A stretch of DNA of 64,000 nt from a virus (taxonomy: Duplodnaviria > Caudoviricetes): IMG/VR virus record IMGVR_UViG_3300037067_015585, positions 160,001-224,000 of that record, one strand, 5' to 3'. The notes beneath the pieces are model-generated. The model had not been told where the DNA came from, ran no database searches, and saw only the letters and a list, made by a program, of their open reading frames with translations. Within the stretch, counting starts at the first letter, position 1. Each line of letters begins with the position of its first letter. Below, piece by piece: positions 29,563 through 39,860 of the stretch. The translations under genes and the position numbers were made by a program.

Positions 29563-29988
29563 ATTAGCTACTGATAGTTTAAACTCTGGCTTGTTAAATT
29601 TGTGACGCATTCCACTTTCTCTATGACCCATGAAATATTCAATTCTTGGGTGTAATTTTGCTATTTGAGCGAGTAGCTGTCTTAAGTTTGTATGGCCTGG
29701 AGACGGAGCATTACTGTTTCGGCGATTTGAACCTTTGCCAATCCAGTCTATCCATGCTATGCCAGTTGAATTGTTGATTATTAACTCTACTCTAGCATCA
29801 ATTCCAAATTTCGAACCAGTTTCGCGTGTTGACTCTAAGAACGCTAAATATGTGATAAATTCAAGCTCATTGCCCTTTTTGGCATTAGTCTCACTATGCA
29901 TATAAGTATCGTTAGGCGACATCTCTTTATACGATTCAATAACGTCTAATTTCCAATCAGTTGATTCTGATATTAGTGATAATCGCAT
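29557..29988 (-). CDS. hypothetical protein with MRLSLISES leader
   Basis: ORF; CAAAAATA immediately upstream. Confidence 0.6.
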   Translation of the reverse strand: MRLSLISESTDWKLDVIESYKEMSPNDTYMHSETNAKKGNELEFITYLAFLESTRETGSKFGIDARVELIINNSTGIAWIDWIGKGSNRRNSNAPSPGHTNLRQLLAQIAKLHPRIEYFMGHRESGMRHKFNKPEFKLSVANL

Positions 29989-29991
29989 GCA

Positions 29992-30426
29992 CTATTTTTG
30001 CACATCTACCATAGCCGATCTAATGCGGTCTTCAACATCATAGATACGTGTGAATGACGATTCTGACCAATTAGCACCACGTGTGTTTTTGCGTCTAGCA
30101 GATATAATTTGTTGGTCATTATCGCGATCGTTTCTCAGCCAATATAGACCTGGCAGGCCAATAATGGTATAAATGTTGCGACCAACAAAAGTCATCGCTG
30201 TGTTTTCAGCAACCGGTAAATTAGATATATCGGTTTTGTCTTTTGTCTTGACCATACTTCTCAGACTTATTATTTCATCGGATGCACCGATCATCAGATT
30301 ATAGATCAAACACATCTCACATATATGGCCAACTGAAATATCACATTTGCACCCATATTTATTTGAAAAGAGTTTTGCCATCTCTTTTAAATCTTCTGGA
30401 AGCTGTTCTTTATTGTTGCCAAGCAT
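29992..30426 (-). CDS. hypothetical protein
   Basis: ORF with a Cys cluster. Confidence 0.55.
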   Translation of the reverse strand: MLGNNKEQLPEDLKEMAKLFSNKYGCKCDISVGHICEMCLIYNLMIGASDEIISLRSMVKTKDKTDISNLPVAENTAMTFVGRNIYTIIGLPGLYWLRNDRDNDQQIISARRKNTRGANWSESSFTRIYDVEDRIRSAMVDVQK

Positions 30427-30436
30427 AATCGTGATC

Positions 30437-30793
30437 CTATAGATTTAAATTTAGTAATCCGATGCCGACGAGTAGATGTATTAACTGATCTATTGCAATG
30501 CGATTCCAAAACTGCTTCTCATCATATGGATTTTCGGTTTTCGGCTTGAATGTACTCCATACAATATGATCTTGACCACCATGTAACATGCCATATACGA
30601 CAGCGACAATGACTGCTTGATTTATATTGTAAACACACATACTAGCTATTATAAATCCAAATGTTACTATGAAAGCGTGAAAAAGCAATGCAAACAAATT
30701 ATGCGATTTATTAACAGCTATCCATCTAGGCTGTAAAATCCAATCGAACACAAAATGCTGTGTAATTAAAACTGCAACACTAACTGTTGTCAT
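30437..30793 (-). CDS. DUF3307-like membrane protein
   Basis: HFVFDWILQ..K..H...H...D...DQLIH. Confidence 0.7.
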   Translation of the reverse strand: MTTVSVAVLITQHFVFDWILQPRWIAVNKSHNLFALLFHAFIVTFGFIIASMCVYNINQAVIVAVVYGMLHGGQDHIVWSTFKPKTENPYDEKQFWNRIAIDQLIHLLVGIGLLNLNL

Positions 30794-31208
30794 TTGTATC
30801 GCCTAGTATTTCATCCCGCACCCAACGCGCAGCCCAATTGGTGTTTTCTTGTGTCTCAGGCTCTACTTCTTTGTCGTCTTGTCTGTAGCATCCTGCACAT
30901 ACAATATCTACTGGTTTACCATGTAACCCATCAGAAAGAACGATTCCACCACCAAGTAGCAACTCACCACACCTATCGCACTTAGGGCATGTCTTTTCTG
31001 CAAAATTGAACAACACTTGCATTATCGCCACAGCTTCATCGATGAATTCAGATTCACTTGTTGGTGCCCAGTTCATACCGTGGCCATTACCATCATCGCC
31101 GTGACAATTACATTGGCAACAAGGCTCTAAGCTGCCACATTCTGTGCAAGTGTGTTTGGCATCAGACCAAGATTTTAAACGTTCAATGAATTTTGGTATA
31201 TCCATCAC
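30780..31208 (-). CDS. Cys-rich hypothetical protein
   Basis: Several CxxC motifs. Confidence 0.5.
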   Translation of the reverse strand: MMDIPKFIERLKSWSDAKHTCTECGSLEPCCQCNCHGDDGNGHGMNWAPTSESEFIDEAVAIMQVLFNFAEKTCPKCDRCGELLLGGGIVLSDGLHGKPVDIVCAGCYRQDDKEVEPETQENTNWAARWVRDEILGDTNDNS

Positions 31209-31409
31209 AGTCTTATCCTTATGAGTTCATTTAGACATATAGGTTTATCTGAATCGCGTGGCAAAACAACCCACTCATCGTGTAGGCTTTTTGATAACAG
31301 ATAGGACCGATATAAGTGCAAAGCTTTCTTAATTGTAACATCTTCATTTAGTCCTGTCAATCCACAAAGTCGTTTGATTTCCTCATCGATATCGTGGTTG
31401 GTCGTCATT

Positions 31410-32546
31410 TTACGCCCAATTTTCTGGGTGAAAGTACCTTTTTCGGACACCTACGTACGCACTTTGATCTGCACCATCATGAAACTGTCCGTTGCCAAGC
31501 TTTGACGCTGAAGCGTAATGACTATCCTTCATTGATTTTGGTACTTCGACACGAATGCCATGTCTTACATCTTCGACCGCAGCACGAATCGCATCATGTG
31601 ATGTCTTATCTCGTTTACTAGTAGCAATAAGACATGTTGCTTGTGCTAGGACTAAATCGCATTCTGGACGCCCAATTTCGCATGCTGCTACATATGCCGC
31701 GTGTGCTACCGCAGTACATATCGGGTTCGAATAAGCATCTTCAGCTGCAGCGACGAGCAACCTGCGTGCTATATATCGAGGATCTTCGCCAGATTCTAAC
31801 CAAGCAGCTAAAGCATAGATTGCTCCATCAGGATCGGACGCTTGAATCGAACCCTGAAACCAGCTAGCATAGTCATACTTGTCATCTTCTGAACGTCTGT
31901 AATATTTAGATGGCGCGATTTTCTTAGCGTTCTTTAAATTTATGTCGCAGTCATAATTGTAAATGGCTTCAAGAATGGAAACAGCTTTTCTAGCATCACC
32001 ACAGACAATTCTCGAAATATATAATATCGCATCCTTTTTTATGTTAACAAGATCGTCTGATTGTTTTAAATGCTTCACGCATCTGATAATAAGTTTAGTT
32101 ATATCTATTTCTTTTAGCGGCTCAAGTGTGAATATTTGACAACGAGACAATAATGATGCCCGCAACGTTAAGAACGGATTGTCAGCAGAAGCACCAATGA
32201 AACGCACCTTACTAGTTTCAAGATATGGTAGCAACACATCACTTTGTGTGGCCGTCAAACGATAACAATCATCTATAAAGACAATAGTATCCTCTACTGA
32301 ATCCAAAGTTTTGCGTAATTCTTTGACAGTAAATGTCGTAGCGTTGAACTTATGGACTTTATAAGATTGTTCGATGACATTTATTATACTAGTCTTCCCA
32401 CAGCCAGGCGGACCATATAATACGAAACTGCCAAATTTATTATCGTCTATTATTCTTCTAAAAGCGGCATCTTTACCAGTTAGATGCTCTTGTCCTATAA
32501 TGTCGTCGAAAGTCTTCGGACGCATTCTTATCGTTAATGGTTCCAT
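31410..32546 (-). CDS. rarA: replication-associated recombination AAA+ ATPase RarA/MgsA
   Basis: RMRPKTFDDIIGQEHL, GPPGCGKT, GDAR, SDPD.A.Y, GEDPRYIARRL, G.PEC. Confidence 0.92.
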   Translation of the reverse strand: MEPLTIRMRPKTFDDIIGQEHLTGKDAAFRRIIDDNKFGSFVLYGPPGCGKTSIINVIEQSYKVHKFNATTFTVKELRKTLDSVEDTIVFIDDCYRLTATQSDVLLPYLETSKVRFIGASADNPFLTLRASLLSRCQIFTLEPLKEIDITKLIIRCVKHLKQSDDLVNIKKDAILYISRIVCGDARKAVSILEAIYNYDCDINLKNAKKIAPSKYYRRSEDDKYDYASWFQGSIQASDPDGAIYALAAWLESGEDPRYIARRLLVAAAEDAYSNPICTAVAHAAYVAACEIGRPECDLVLAQATCLIATSKRDKTSHDAIRAAVEDVRHGIRVEVPKSMKDSHYASASKLGNGQFHDGADQSAYVGVRKRYFHPENWA

Positions 32547-32578
32547 ATTGGTTAAATACTGCTCAAATATAATGTACT

Positions 32579-32983
32579 ATGAAATTGTCTAGCCTTAATG
32601 CACAGCATCCAATCGTCGAAGCTAAGAAAAAACATTGGGGATTCCACCTAATGTTAGATATTGCTGGCTGCAACGATGGTATTGAAAACAAGGACGATTT
32701 GAAGAAATTTATCAAGAAGCTAGTCAAAGCCATAGATATGAAGGCTGTCGGAGAACCAATCATAAAGTACCTGCTTCCTGGCGACCCGAAAGAAGGTTAC
32801 TCCGTCTTACAACTAATTGAAACATCTAGCATAACATTCCATTTAATCAACAAAACAAAAACCGCATATTTAGATGTATTCTCTTGTAAAGATTTCGACC
32901 AAGACGTAGTTGTAGATATGGTCAAAGAGACGTTCGGTGCGAAACATATCAAGAAACAATTCCGCTACCGAGATGCTGAATAA
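32579..32983 (+). CDS. speD: S-adenosylmethionine decarboxylase proenzyme
   Basis: WGFHLMLD..GC, GYSVLQLIETSSITFH, YLDVFSCKDFD. Confidence 0.88.
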   Translation: MKLSSLNAQHPIVEAKKKHWGFHLMLDIAGCNDGIENKDDLKKFIKKLVKAIDMKAVGEPIIKYLLPGDPKEGYSVLQLIETSSITFHLINKTKTAYLDVFSCKDFDQDVVVDMVKETFGAKHIKKQFRYRDAE

Positions 32984-32985
32984 AT
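32922..32985 (+). repeat. direct repeat, copy 1 (3' end of speD)
   Basis: Near-identical to 34310-34369. Confidence 0.85.
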
Positions 32986-32989
32986 TGCT

Positions 32990-34309
32990 ATGAAACTATT
33001 CTTGCTTTGTGAAGATGCTGCACTGAAGATACCTTTCTTAGCTAATAAATATAAATTACCTGAAAACCAAATACAAAAGCTGCTTGAATTCGATCCAACA
33101 CCAAACAAGAAATTTCTTGATTGGATCTGCAAACAATACAACAAGAAAAATATCTCTCCAGACGATAAAGACAAAATAAACAAACAACTAGGACAATTTG
33201 AAAACATCAAGAACAAACAAGAGTTTAAATTACACCACCAAACAGATATAAACAAATACGATCCTGCTAAGTTGTATGATGTATTATCTGGATATGGACA
33301 AGAATCTGGCAGACACGAAAAGAAAGTAGGAAGAGCAGGGGGTGTAGTACTTCCAGTCGGATCTGAGTTGGTGCTTGATGAGCTACCATTTAAAGCGGTA
33401 AAGATAACAGATCCGAAAGCATCCGAAATATTATGCAGCGGAACTAATTGGTGTACTGCGAACGCAAGAACAGCTAATAAATATTTAAAAGACGGCCCAT
33501 TATATTTAATTTATAAAGATGATAAGCGTATATGCCTAATACATTATGAATCAGATCAATTTAAAGAACCAAACGATAGTGAAGTTAATCAAGCCACAAA
33601 ATTCAAGTTAGTAGATTTATTATCTGATGTTACTGGCATAACAAAAGAGAATGACGCACAACTTGCATATCGTTATGCAAGCGATGTCGCAAAAGGGCGT
33701 TTCCCAGAAGGAGAAGCGGCAATAGCAAGTAATCCAAGTGCTGCCTTTAATTACGCTAAATATTTTGTTAAAGGGCGATGGCCAGAAGGTGAGGCAGCAA
33801 TAGCAGGAGAAGCAAGAGAATCATATCACTATGCTAAAGACATCATTAACGGGCGATGGCCAGAAGGCGAGGCAGCAATTGTAGATGATCCAAATATTGC
33901 TTATTTATATGCCGCATCTGTTATCGGTAACAGATGGCCAGAAAGCGAAAAGACGATAGCAAGAAGCTCTGAATATTCATATTTATATGCTAAAGACGTT
34001 ATTCACGGACGCTTTCCTGAAGGCGAGAAAGCAATAGCAAGAGGAGCAAAACAAGCATATTATTATGCAAGAGATATTATTAAAGGGCGATTTCAAGAAG
34101 GCGAAAAAGCAATATCAAAAAATCCAGCACGTTCATATCAATATGCTAAAGACGTTATTAAGGGCAAATGGCCAGAAGGAGAAGCAGCGATACTTAAAGA
34201 TAATAATCGCATAGTGCAATACATCAAACGTGTTATAAAGGGTCGATGGCCAGAGGGTGAAAAGATATTAAATGATTCTCCATTTTACCGTGATCAGTGG
34301 ATGTGGTGA
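32990..34309 (+). CDS. WCT-domain protein with eight 26-aa YAKDVIKGRWPEGE repeats
   Basis: Repeats are visible in the protein; N-terminal DPTPNKKFLDWI and WCT domain. Confidence 0.85.
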   Translation: MKLFLLCEDAALKIPFLANKYKLPENQIQKLLEFDPTPNKKFLDWICKQYNKKNISPDDKDKINKQLGQFENIKNKQEFKLHHQTDINKYDPAKLYDVLSGYGQESGRHEKKVGRAGGVVLPVGSELVLDELPFKAVKITDPKASEILCSGTNWCTANARTANKYLKDGPLYLIYKDDKRICLIHYESDQFKEPNDSEVNQATKFKLVDLLSDVTGITKENDAQLAYRYASDVAKGRFPEGEAAIASNPSAAFNYAKYFVKGRWPEGEAAIAGEARESYHYAKDIINGRWPEGEAAIVDDPNIAYLYAASVIGNRWPESEKTIARSSEYSYLYAKDVIHGRFPEGEKAIARGAKQAYYYARDIIKGRFQEGEKAISKNPARSYQYAKDVIKGKWPEGEAAILKDNNRIVQYIKRVIKGRWPEGEKILNDSPFYRDQWMW

Positions 34310-34369
34310 TCAAAGAGACGTTCGGTGCGAAGCATATCAATAATTCCGTTATCGAGATGCTGAATAAAT
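34310..34369 (+). repeat. direct repeat, copy 2 (frameshifted duplicate of the speD 3' end)
   Basis: tcaaagagacgttcggtgcg...gagatgctgaataaat with a net 4-nt deletion. Confidence 0.85.
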
Positions 34370-35009
34370 GAACTTTGGGATAGTCATAGGTACCTTCGGA
34401 TCTCCAGCATATATATCATTGCAACTAGAGAGTATCAAAAGATTTACTCCGAATACTAATGTTCTTCTGCATGACGATTGCAGTAATAACCCTAGATTGA
34501 AACTTATCGCAGAACATTATAATATCGATTTCACTAGTACCTCGCAGCATTTGCAGCATCGCAATGGAGATGCGCGTGTTTTTGCTGCAGGCTTACGATG
34601 GGCACAACAAAATAAACTAGATTATCTTGTGAAGATTAGCAGGAGGTTTATCCCAGTTAAAAACTGGGTGTCTAGCTTTTGTGAAGGCTTTGGACATATG
34701 ACCATCGCCAAAATAAACGAAATGCCTCAGATTCAAACGCAGTTCATAGGCTTAGAAGTATCGAAATGGTTACCATTACTTTCCACCTTTGATAGCTATA
34801 ACGCAAATCCAACGATGGAACGTCTCATTGGTGCACTTTCTACTGACACAGTTGCTTGGAATTTTCTTGCCGACTCTGGATTTCAGAACAACGGAAATTA
34901 TCTTTGGTGGCCGTTTACGACACCAGCACAGTATTGCAAACAGGCACACATTTGGAATCTAGATTGTAGTGTTCAAGATTTTAAGTTGAATAGTCATGGC
35001 GCTTCATAA
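34368..35009 (+). CDS. glycosyltransferase-like protein (GT-A)
   Basis: GIVIGTF, VLLHDDCS. Confidence 0.6.
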   Translation: MNFGIVIGTFGSPAYISLQLESIKRFTPNTNVLLHDDCSNNPRLKLIAEHYNIDFTSTSQHLQHRNGDARVFAAGLRWAQQNKLDYLVKISRRFIPVKNWVSSFCEGFGHMTIAKINEMPQIQTQFIGLEVSKWLPLLSTFDSYNANPTMERLIGALSTDTVAWNFLADSGFQNNGNYLWWPFTTPAQYCKQAHIWNLDCSVQDFKLNSHGAS

Positions 35010-35407
35010 GTAACAACTTCTTTATTCTCTCTATATAGAAGAATCCAACCAAATAATCGCGTGGCAAGATATAGCGGATATGTTATTAGCCTAGGAACAC
35101 CGTCTTCTAAGCATAGCTTTTTGAATGTGCGATCTACAAGAATGCGGTTTGTTGAAGGATCTAAAGCACCAAGCCGCATTAATTGATATAATGTATCATG
35201 AACTAATGATGCTCTTAATAGCATTTTGGGCGTCATCGGAAAGCCAGTGGCACCATCCCATGTATATCCCTGTCTTATTGAGAGCTGACCAGATGACAAC
35301 AACTCCATATACTTATATGTCAAATCATTTGGTGGACATATATCGATTTTGACAACATAGTCGGACATCACCATATACTTATACCATGTCAGTTTTCGAT
35401 ATTCCAT
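34994..35407 (-). CDS. DUF1353-like protein
   Basis: GYTWDGAT, ASLVHDTLYQ, VD..F...RLFG. Confidence 0.7.
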   Translation of the reverse strand: MEYRKLTWYKYMVMSDYVVKIDICPPNDLTYKYMELLSSGQLSIRQGYTWDGATGFPMTPKMLLRASLVHDTLYQLMRLGALDPSTNRILVDRTFKKLCLEDGVPRLITYPLYLATRLFGWILLYRENKEVVTYEAP

Positions 35408-36203
35408 AAGCTAATCCAGCAAAATGTTTGATGATTTCTGAATTTGCTCTGACTCTGAGATCGAAATCTGCCTTACCGCCAGTTTCTGTTGTAGCGGTAA
35501 ATGATATTCCAGAGCGGTGCATATAGTCTTCATATGATCCATCTAAAACGTTCAATACAAGACCTTGTTCTTTGACGACATCTGTTGGTTTTTGGTCATT
35601 TTTAAGTTGCCCTTCCTCACCATTATTAAGAGCACCAACTGTAGCCGATTTTCCAAAGAAGCCAGCGCCAAATGTTCTCAAACTCTCTGAAAATTTAGAT
35701 GGCTTATCTGAGTTCTCATATGCGAAGATGTGAAATGTTGTTTTGTCGTTATCTTCATGTAACGATAAGAACCCATCGCGAGCTAGATCTTTTAACAAAT
35801 CGTCATATTGTAATAATATTTTACCTTCATCTGAAACTGGTTTAGAACCGTCAAATCCTCTATTTGGGTCACGCCCATCGCGACCCTCACGCTTATTTTT
35901 ATCGAATCCAACTGGATTAACTAATGGCAAAAACGATATGTTGATTTTCGGCACATAATGTGTCAAGAATTGTAGTACTCCAAAAGGTCCTGCCTGCTCA
36001 TCGCCATGAAACCCAGCGGCAACCAGTAAGTTGGGTCCTGGTTTCTTATTCTTCTGTGTTAACAATATTATTGGCTTGTCTTTTGGCCCGAGGATTTGTT
36101 GTGTATATCCTTTGATTGTTTTCAGACCAGAATAAATCTCATCTGAAGTATGGCTCTTCGATAAAGCATCTTCTAATAGATGATTAAAATGTAGCGAATG
36201 CAT
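35379..36203 (-). CDS. M14 family zinc carboxypeptidase/deacylase
   Basis: AGFHGDE, NPVGF..NKR...DPNR, SLHED, TTET. Confidence 0.85.
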   Translation of the reverse strand: MHSLHFNHLLEDALSKSHTSDEIYSGLKTIKGYTQQILGPKDKPIILLTQKNKKPGPNLLVAAGFHGDEQAGPFGVLQFLTHYVPKINISFLPLVNPVGFDKNKREGRDGRDPNRGFDGSKPVSDEGKILLQYDDLLKDLARDGFLSLHEDNDKTTFHIFAYENSDKPSKFSESLRTFGAGFFGKSATVGALNNGEEGQLKNDQKPTDVVKEQGLVLNVLDGSYEDYMHRSGISFTATTETGGKADFDLRVRANSEIIKHFAGLAYGISKTDMV

Positions 36204-36259
36204 AATATATATTTGGCTAATTATCAAAGATAATACAGACACTAACCAACAGGTGCAAT

Positions 36260-37021
36260 ATGTCAAATAGAAAATTTGGTAAAAAGCCTCCAAGAAACGA
36301 CAAAAGAACACTCAAACTAGAAAAGTATATCGACCCAAGCATTATTCCACCACCGTCTGCCGACTGGGCATCAGATGTCAGAATCTGGCCAGTAATGAAG
36401 AATGACGAAGTGGCTGACTGCACTATGGCTGGTGCTGGCCATTTGATTGAAGGTTGGACGACATATGAAACCAAAACCACAGTAATCTTGCCAGATGATG
36501 TAATTCTTGATGCATATAAATCTGTAAGCGGCTGGAATGGAGTATTAAATGATGCAAGCGATACTGGGTGTGTATTGCTTGATGTGTTGAATTATTGGCG
36601 TAATGTCGGTATCGGTGGGCACAAAATCGGTGCGTACGCCAAGGTTAGAATATCAGACATGAAACGCACCAGATTGGGTGTATGGATGTTTGGTGGATTA
36701 TACACCGGATTTGCATTGCCTGATTATACAAATGGCATTAAGATTGATGAAGCACCAAACTGGATGGGAGTGCCAACACAAGACCCCAGAACTTGGAAAA
36801 AACAAGACAACGGCCATTGTGTCCCAATTGTATATTATAACGATAAAATAGTGAAGGTTATTAGCTGGGGCGAAGTCATCGATGTATCATGGCAATTCTA
36901 TGGTGCATATTGTGATGAAGCTTATGCCATATTATCTCTTGACTGGGATACTGATGGGAAAAGCCCGAGTGGATTTTCTAAAGAGGTACTACTCGAAGAC
37001 TTGAAAATTGTGTCTCGCTAG
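36260..37021 (+). CDS. papain-like cysteine peptidase
   Basis: ND..ADCT.AGAGH, GHCV, ISWG, YCDEAY. Confidence 0.75.
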   Translation: MSNRKFGKKPPRNDKRTLKLEKYIDPSIIPPPSADWASDVRIWPVMKNDEVADCTMAGAGHLIEGWTTYETKTTVILPDDVILDAYKSVSGWNGVLNDASDTGCVLLDVLNYWRNVGIGGHKIGAYAKVRISDMKRTRLGVWMFGGLYTGFALPDYTNGIKIDEAPNWMGVPTQDPRTWKKQDNGHCVPIVYYNDKIVKVISWGEVIDVSWQFYGAYCDEAYAILSLDWDTDGKSPSGFSKEVLLEDLKIVSR

Positions 37022-37414
37022 TTATTCTAGCCAGGCTACGCAATCAACAGTTTCACATTTTCCGGCAGTATGTCCATTGTAGGCGACATGCGACATGTGC
37101 AATTTGCCACCACAAATTGGGCAAATTTCTATGCCCGTCCAGTCTTTTCCCTTATACTTCGTTTTTATTCGATTTACCAATGGATCGATTTTCTCCATTC
37201 TTTCAATCGATTTATTTATTTCAGATTCTATGCTATCAATATATTCTTCGTCTGGCATCTCACATTTACTACACGATGATTTCCAATTATCTCCATTACG
37301 AATACATTGGAGATTTTTTGTATTTGGATAAATTACACCAGCCCTGCAAACATCATTCATAATACCATTAAAATGGATACATCTGTCTGCGATTTGATCG
37401 TGTGATGATTTCAT
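37022..37414 (-). CDS. Cys-rich hypothetical protein
   Basis: CIHFNG..CRAGV.Y, CPICGG..NGH..GKCET..C..W.E. Confidence 0.6.
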   Translation of the reverse strand: MKSSHDQIADRCIHFNGIMNDVCRAGVIYPNTKNLQCIRNGDNWKSSCSKCEMPDEEYIDSIESEINKSIERMEKIDPLVNRIKTKYKGKDWTGIEICPICGGKLHMSHVAYNGHTAGKCETVDCVAWLE

Positions 37415-37472
37415 TATCACTCCTGTAATGCAAATAATAAAATACAAGGTAATCTAGTATTAAGAGGAGCAA

Positions 37473-38054
37473 ATGCAGCTAAACGAATTGTCGAGATCGA
37501 CCAGAAAGATAATAGAATTTCCTGAACGACAGCAGGTTTATCGGTATGATTGCGTATCATGCTGTTTGGTTTGTATTCTTGTTGCTGATAATATCGTAGT
37601 TGACGAGAGTGAGATTATAAAGATTTCTGGTGCAACAAGTAAGAATGGTACAGATCCAGATGGTGTTTATAAAGTTTTAAAGCAATATAAAGTACCATAC
37701 CGAGCCGGTCGCATAACGATACAACAAATTTATGATGCGATCGACAATGACCACCCTGTACTATTGATGCTGCAAGCATATCGAGATAATCCTAAGACGT
37801 CATATCGTGATTGTTGGAACGATGGACATGGTGTTGTTTGTATTGGCTACGACGCAAATAAATTCATATTCGAAGATCCAGCCAGCCCGACCAGAACTTG
37901 GCTTGATGATGCATCATTGTCGGAAAGATGGCATGACACCAACGCATCTGGTGACAAACTAATTAACTGGGGTTGCGAGATTCTAAGGAAGCCCAATTTC
38001 AAGCCAGGTAGATCTGTTCCAATGGAATCGAGAGGAATCCATGCGATTATATAA
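37473..38054 (+). CDS. C39-like cysteine peptidase
   Basis: Q...YDC, GTDP, GHGVVCIGYD, FEDP. Confidence 0.8.
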   Translation: MQLNELSRSTRKIIEFPERQQVYRYDCVSCCLVCILVADNIVVDESEIIKISGATSKNGTDPDGVYKVLKQYKVPYRAGRITIQQIYDAIDNDHPVLLMLQAYRDNPKTSYRDCWNDGHGVVCIGYDANKFIFEDPASPTRTWLDDASLSERWHDTNASGDKLINWGCEILRKPNFKPGRSVPMESRGIHAII

Positions 38055-38457
38055 GCTATCTGGGATACTCTCTGAGTCTATTAGAAATCTTGAAGTATTC
38101 CATGGCGGCTCTTCTTCAAAGGGGAAAATAGTAACCTATTACACAACATCCATAGAAATGGCAAAGAGCTATGCAGAAATGCATAATGACCGCTTTGGCT
38201 CCGGCAGCATACACAAATCAGCGATAACTATTAACAATCCAGCACCGACGAATATAGTAGATTTAGAGGCAAAGAAAATTGGAATCGATAATGAACATTA
38301 TACGCCAGCCAGCGTTTTCGATCACAATCTTCACGGAGAGAAAGAAATAATAACCTTAGTCAGATCACTAAAGAAGCTTGGGTATGACGGTGCAGTATTA
38401 GAAGATATTGGCTACGGCGTTGAAGCTGCAGGCAAAGTTTACATAGTATTCACTTAA
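38041..38457 (+). CDS. ADP-ribosyltransferase-like protein
   Basis: VFHG, YYTTS..MAKSYA, LGYDGAV, YIVF. Confidence 0.55.
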   Translation: MRLYKLSGILSESIRNLEVFHGGSSSKGKIVTYYTTSIEMAKSYAEMHNDRFGSGSIHKSAITINNPAPTNIVDLEAKKIGIDNEHYTPASVFDHNLHGEKEIITLVRSLKKLGYDGAVLEDIGYGVEAAGKVYIVFT

Positions 38458-38482
38458 TAGCTACTTTTCTTCGTGCTATAAT
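38454..38482 (+). promoter_or_regulatory. class I promoter
   Basis: TTAATA-17 bp-TATAAT ending TCGTGCTATAAT. Confidence 0.7.
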
Positions 38483-38510
38483 CAATAAGACAGTGTATTT
38501 CATAGATATT

Positions 38511-39038
38511 ATGAATACACCAAGTCAAAAGCAAATCGAAGAACAAAGTTGGGATGCTTGTCTTGCAGGTGATTATGTCACCGTCCAGGATCAGATCTAT
38601 GCTTTGCGTGCTAAGATGATACGCGACTACGCTGCTGCACACAAGGCGGGAGTAGAGCCAGTAGCACAAGAGTCGGAGGCATGGGCAATAATGACGTCGT
38701 TTTTAGACGGCAAACAAAACCCAGAGATGAAAAAAGCTATCAGTGATGAATCGATGGTTAATATTGATGGATTAATATTGCAAGAAGCCATCCAAAATGT
38801 TCTAATAGAACCATTACGAGATGAAATAAAGAGGCTACAGAAAGCATTAGATGTAGCTAATAGATACAAACAAGCAATAGAGCTAATAGAAAAAGGACCA
38901 GTATCGTCAGTTTCCGCACTCGAATTTGGCGGACATAATATAACAATAAGATTAAATAACATGTTCATGTCAATGGAGTATAACGGTACCCCGTTGGTTG
39001 ATTCAATAATATCAGCTTCTAAGTCCAGTATGAGTTAA
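38511..39038 (+). CDS. hypothetical protein
   Basis: ORF downstream of the promoter. Confidence 0.55.
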   Translation: MNTPSQKQIEEQSWDACLAGDYVTVQDQIYALRAKMIRDYAAAHKAGVEPVAQESEAWAIMTSFLDGKQNPEMKKAISDESMVNIDGLILQEAIQNVLIEPLRDEIKRLQKALDVANRYKQAIELIEKGPVSSVSALEFGGHNITIRLNNMFMSMEYNGTPLVDSIISASKSSMS

Positions 39039-39057
39039 GTTCGTTCCCAGGTGATAT

Positions 39058-39540
39058 ATGTATGATTGTAGTGAATTCGGTTTATATTCAGGTCAGCCAG
39101 TTAATAAGAAGCTTCTCGTTCTAGGTAAATCGGCGGCGAGTGAGTTTACCTACAGCAAACCGTGGGCTTGTATATCGATTGGCACAGAAGTTGGTGATTG
39201 GCCCAAAATCAACAAATGCCAGCTGGTTGATCTTCTACAAGTAGCTTTCTATGATCTCGACAAAATGCCATCAGAGCAGTTCCTTAATTCTCACGACAAA
39301 TCCAAAATAGTCTTATTTAGTGAGAATCACGCTCAGCAAATATGGAAATTTGTTGAATCTGTCTGGGATAAAGTCGATTTGTTAATGGTGCACTGCCTAG
39401 CTGGTGCATGTAGATCTCCTGCCGTCGCTGCGGCCATCGCCAAGATTAAATATGGCGATGATCAGTTCTATTTTGACAATTATATGCCAAATATGCTCGT
39501 GTTCAGAACTATGTTAGCGTGTGCTACGAAAGGTGAATAA
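39058..39540 (+). CDS. protein tyrosine/dual-specificity phosphatase-like
   Basis: HCLAGACRS (CX5R), PNMLV. Confidence 0.85.
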   Translation: MYDCSEFGLYSGQPVNKKLLVLGKSAASEFTYSKPWACISIGTEVGDWPKINKCQLVDLLQVAFYDLDKMPSEQFLNSHDKSKIVLFSENHAQQIWKFVESVWDKVDLLMVHCLAGACRSPAVAAAIAKIKYGDDQFYFDNYMPNMLVFRTMLACATKGE

Positions 39541-39860
39541 TGGACGATATTGGTGAAGATTGGCGCAACGAACAGATAACGAAAGAAGATCTAACACCTG
39601 GTACTCTCGAGCATCCAAAGGAGTTTGGTATTTGGGATATAGAAAACCAAACCTGGATGGGAACTACCGAGTGTGCGTTTACTTTCAGTAAGCGTGTTGT
39701 GGCACAGGCGATGGCGCAGGTGCTAGCTATAAGAATTGAGGTGCCAGAAACACAGATGCGTGTCATACCTTTTACTAGTGCCAATGTTAGAGTTGAAGAT
39801 ATCAATCCAACAATATCGTTTGAGCAAGCGTGGAAGAAAGTTGCTGGCGAAGAATGTTAG
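39540..39860 (+). CDS. hypothetical protein
   Basis: Coupled ORF. Confidence 0.5.
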   Translation: MDDIGEDWRNEQITKEDLTPGTLEHPKEFGIWDIENQTWMGTTECAFTFSKRVVAQAMAQVLAIRIEVPETQMRVIPFTSANVRVEDINPTISFEQAWKKVAGEEC

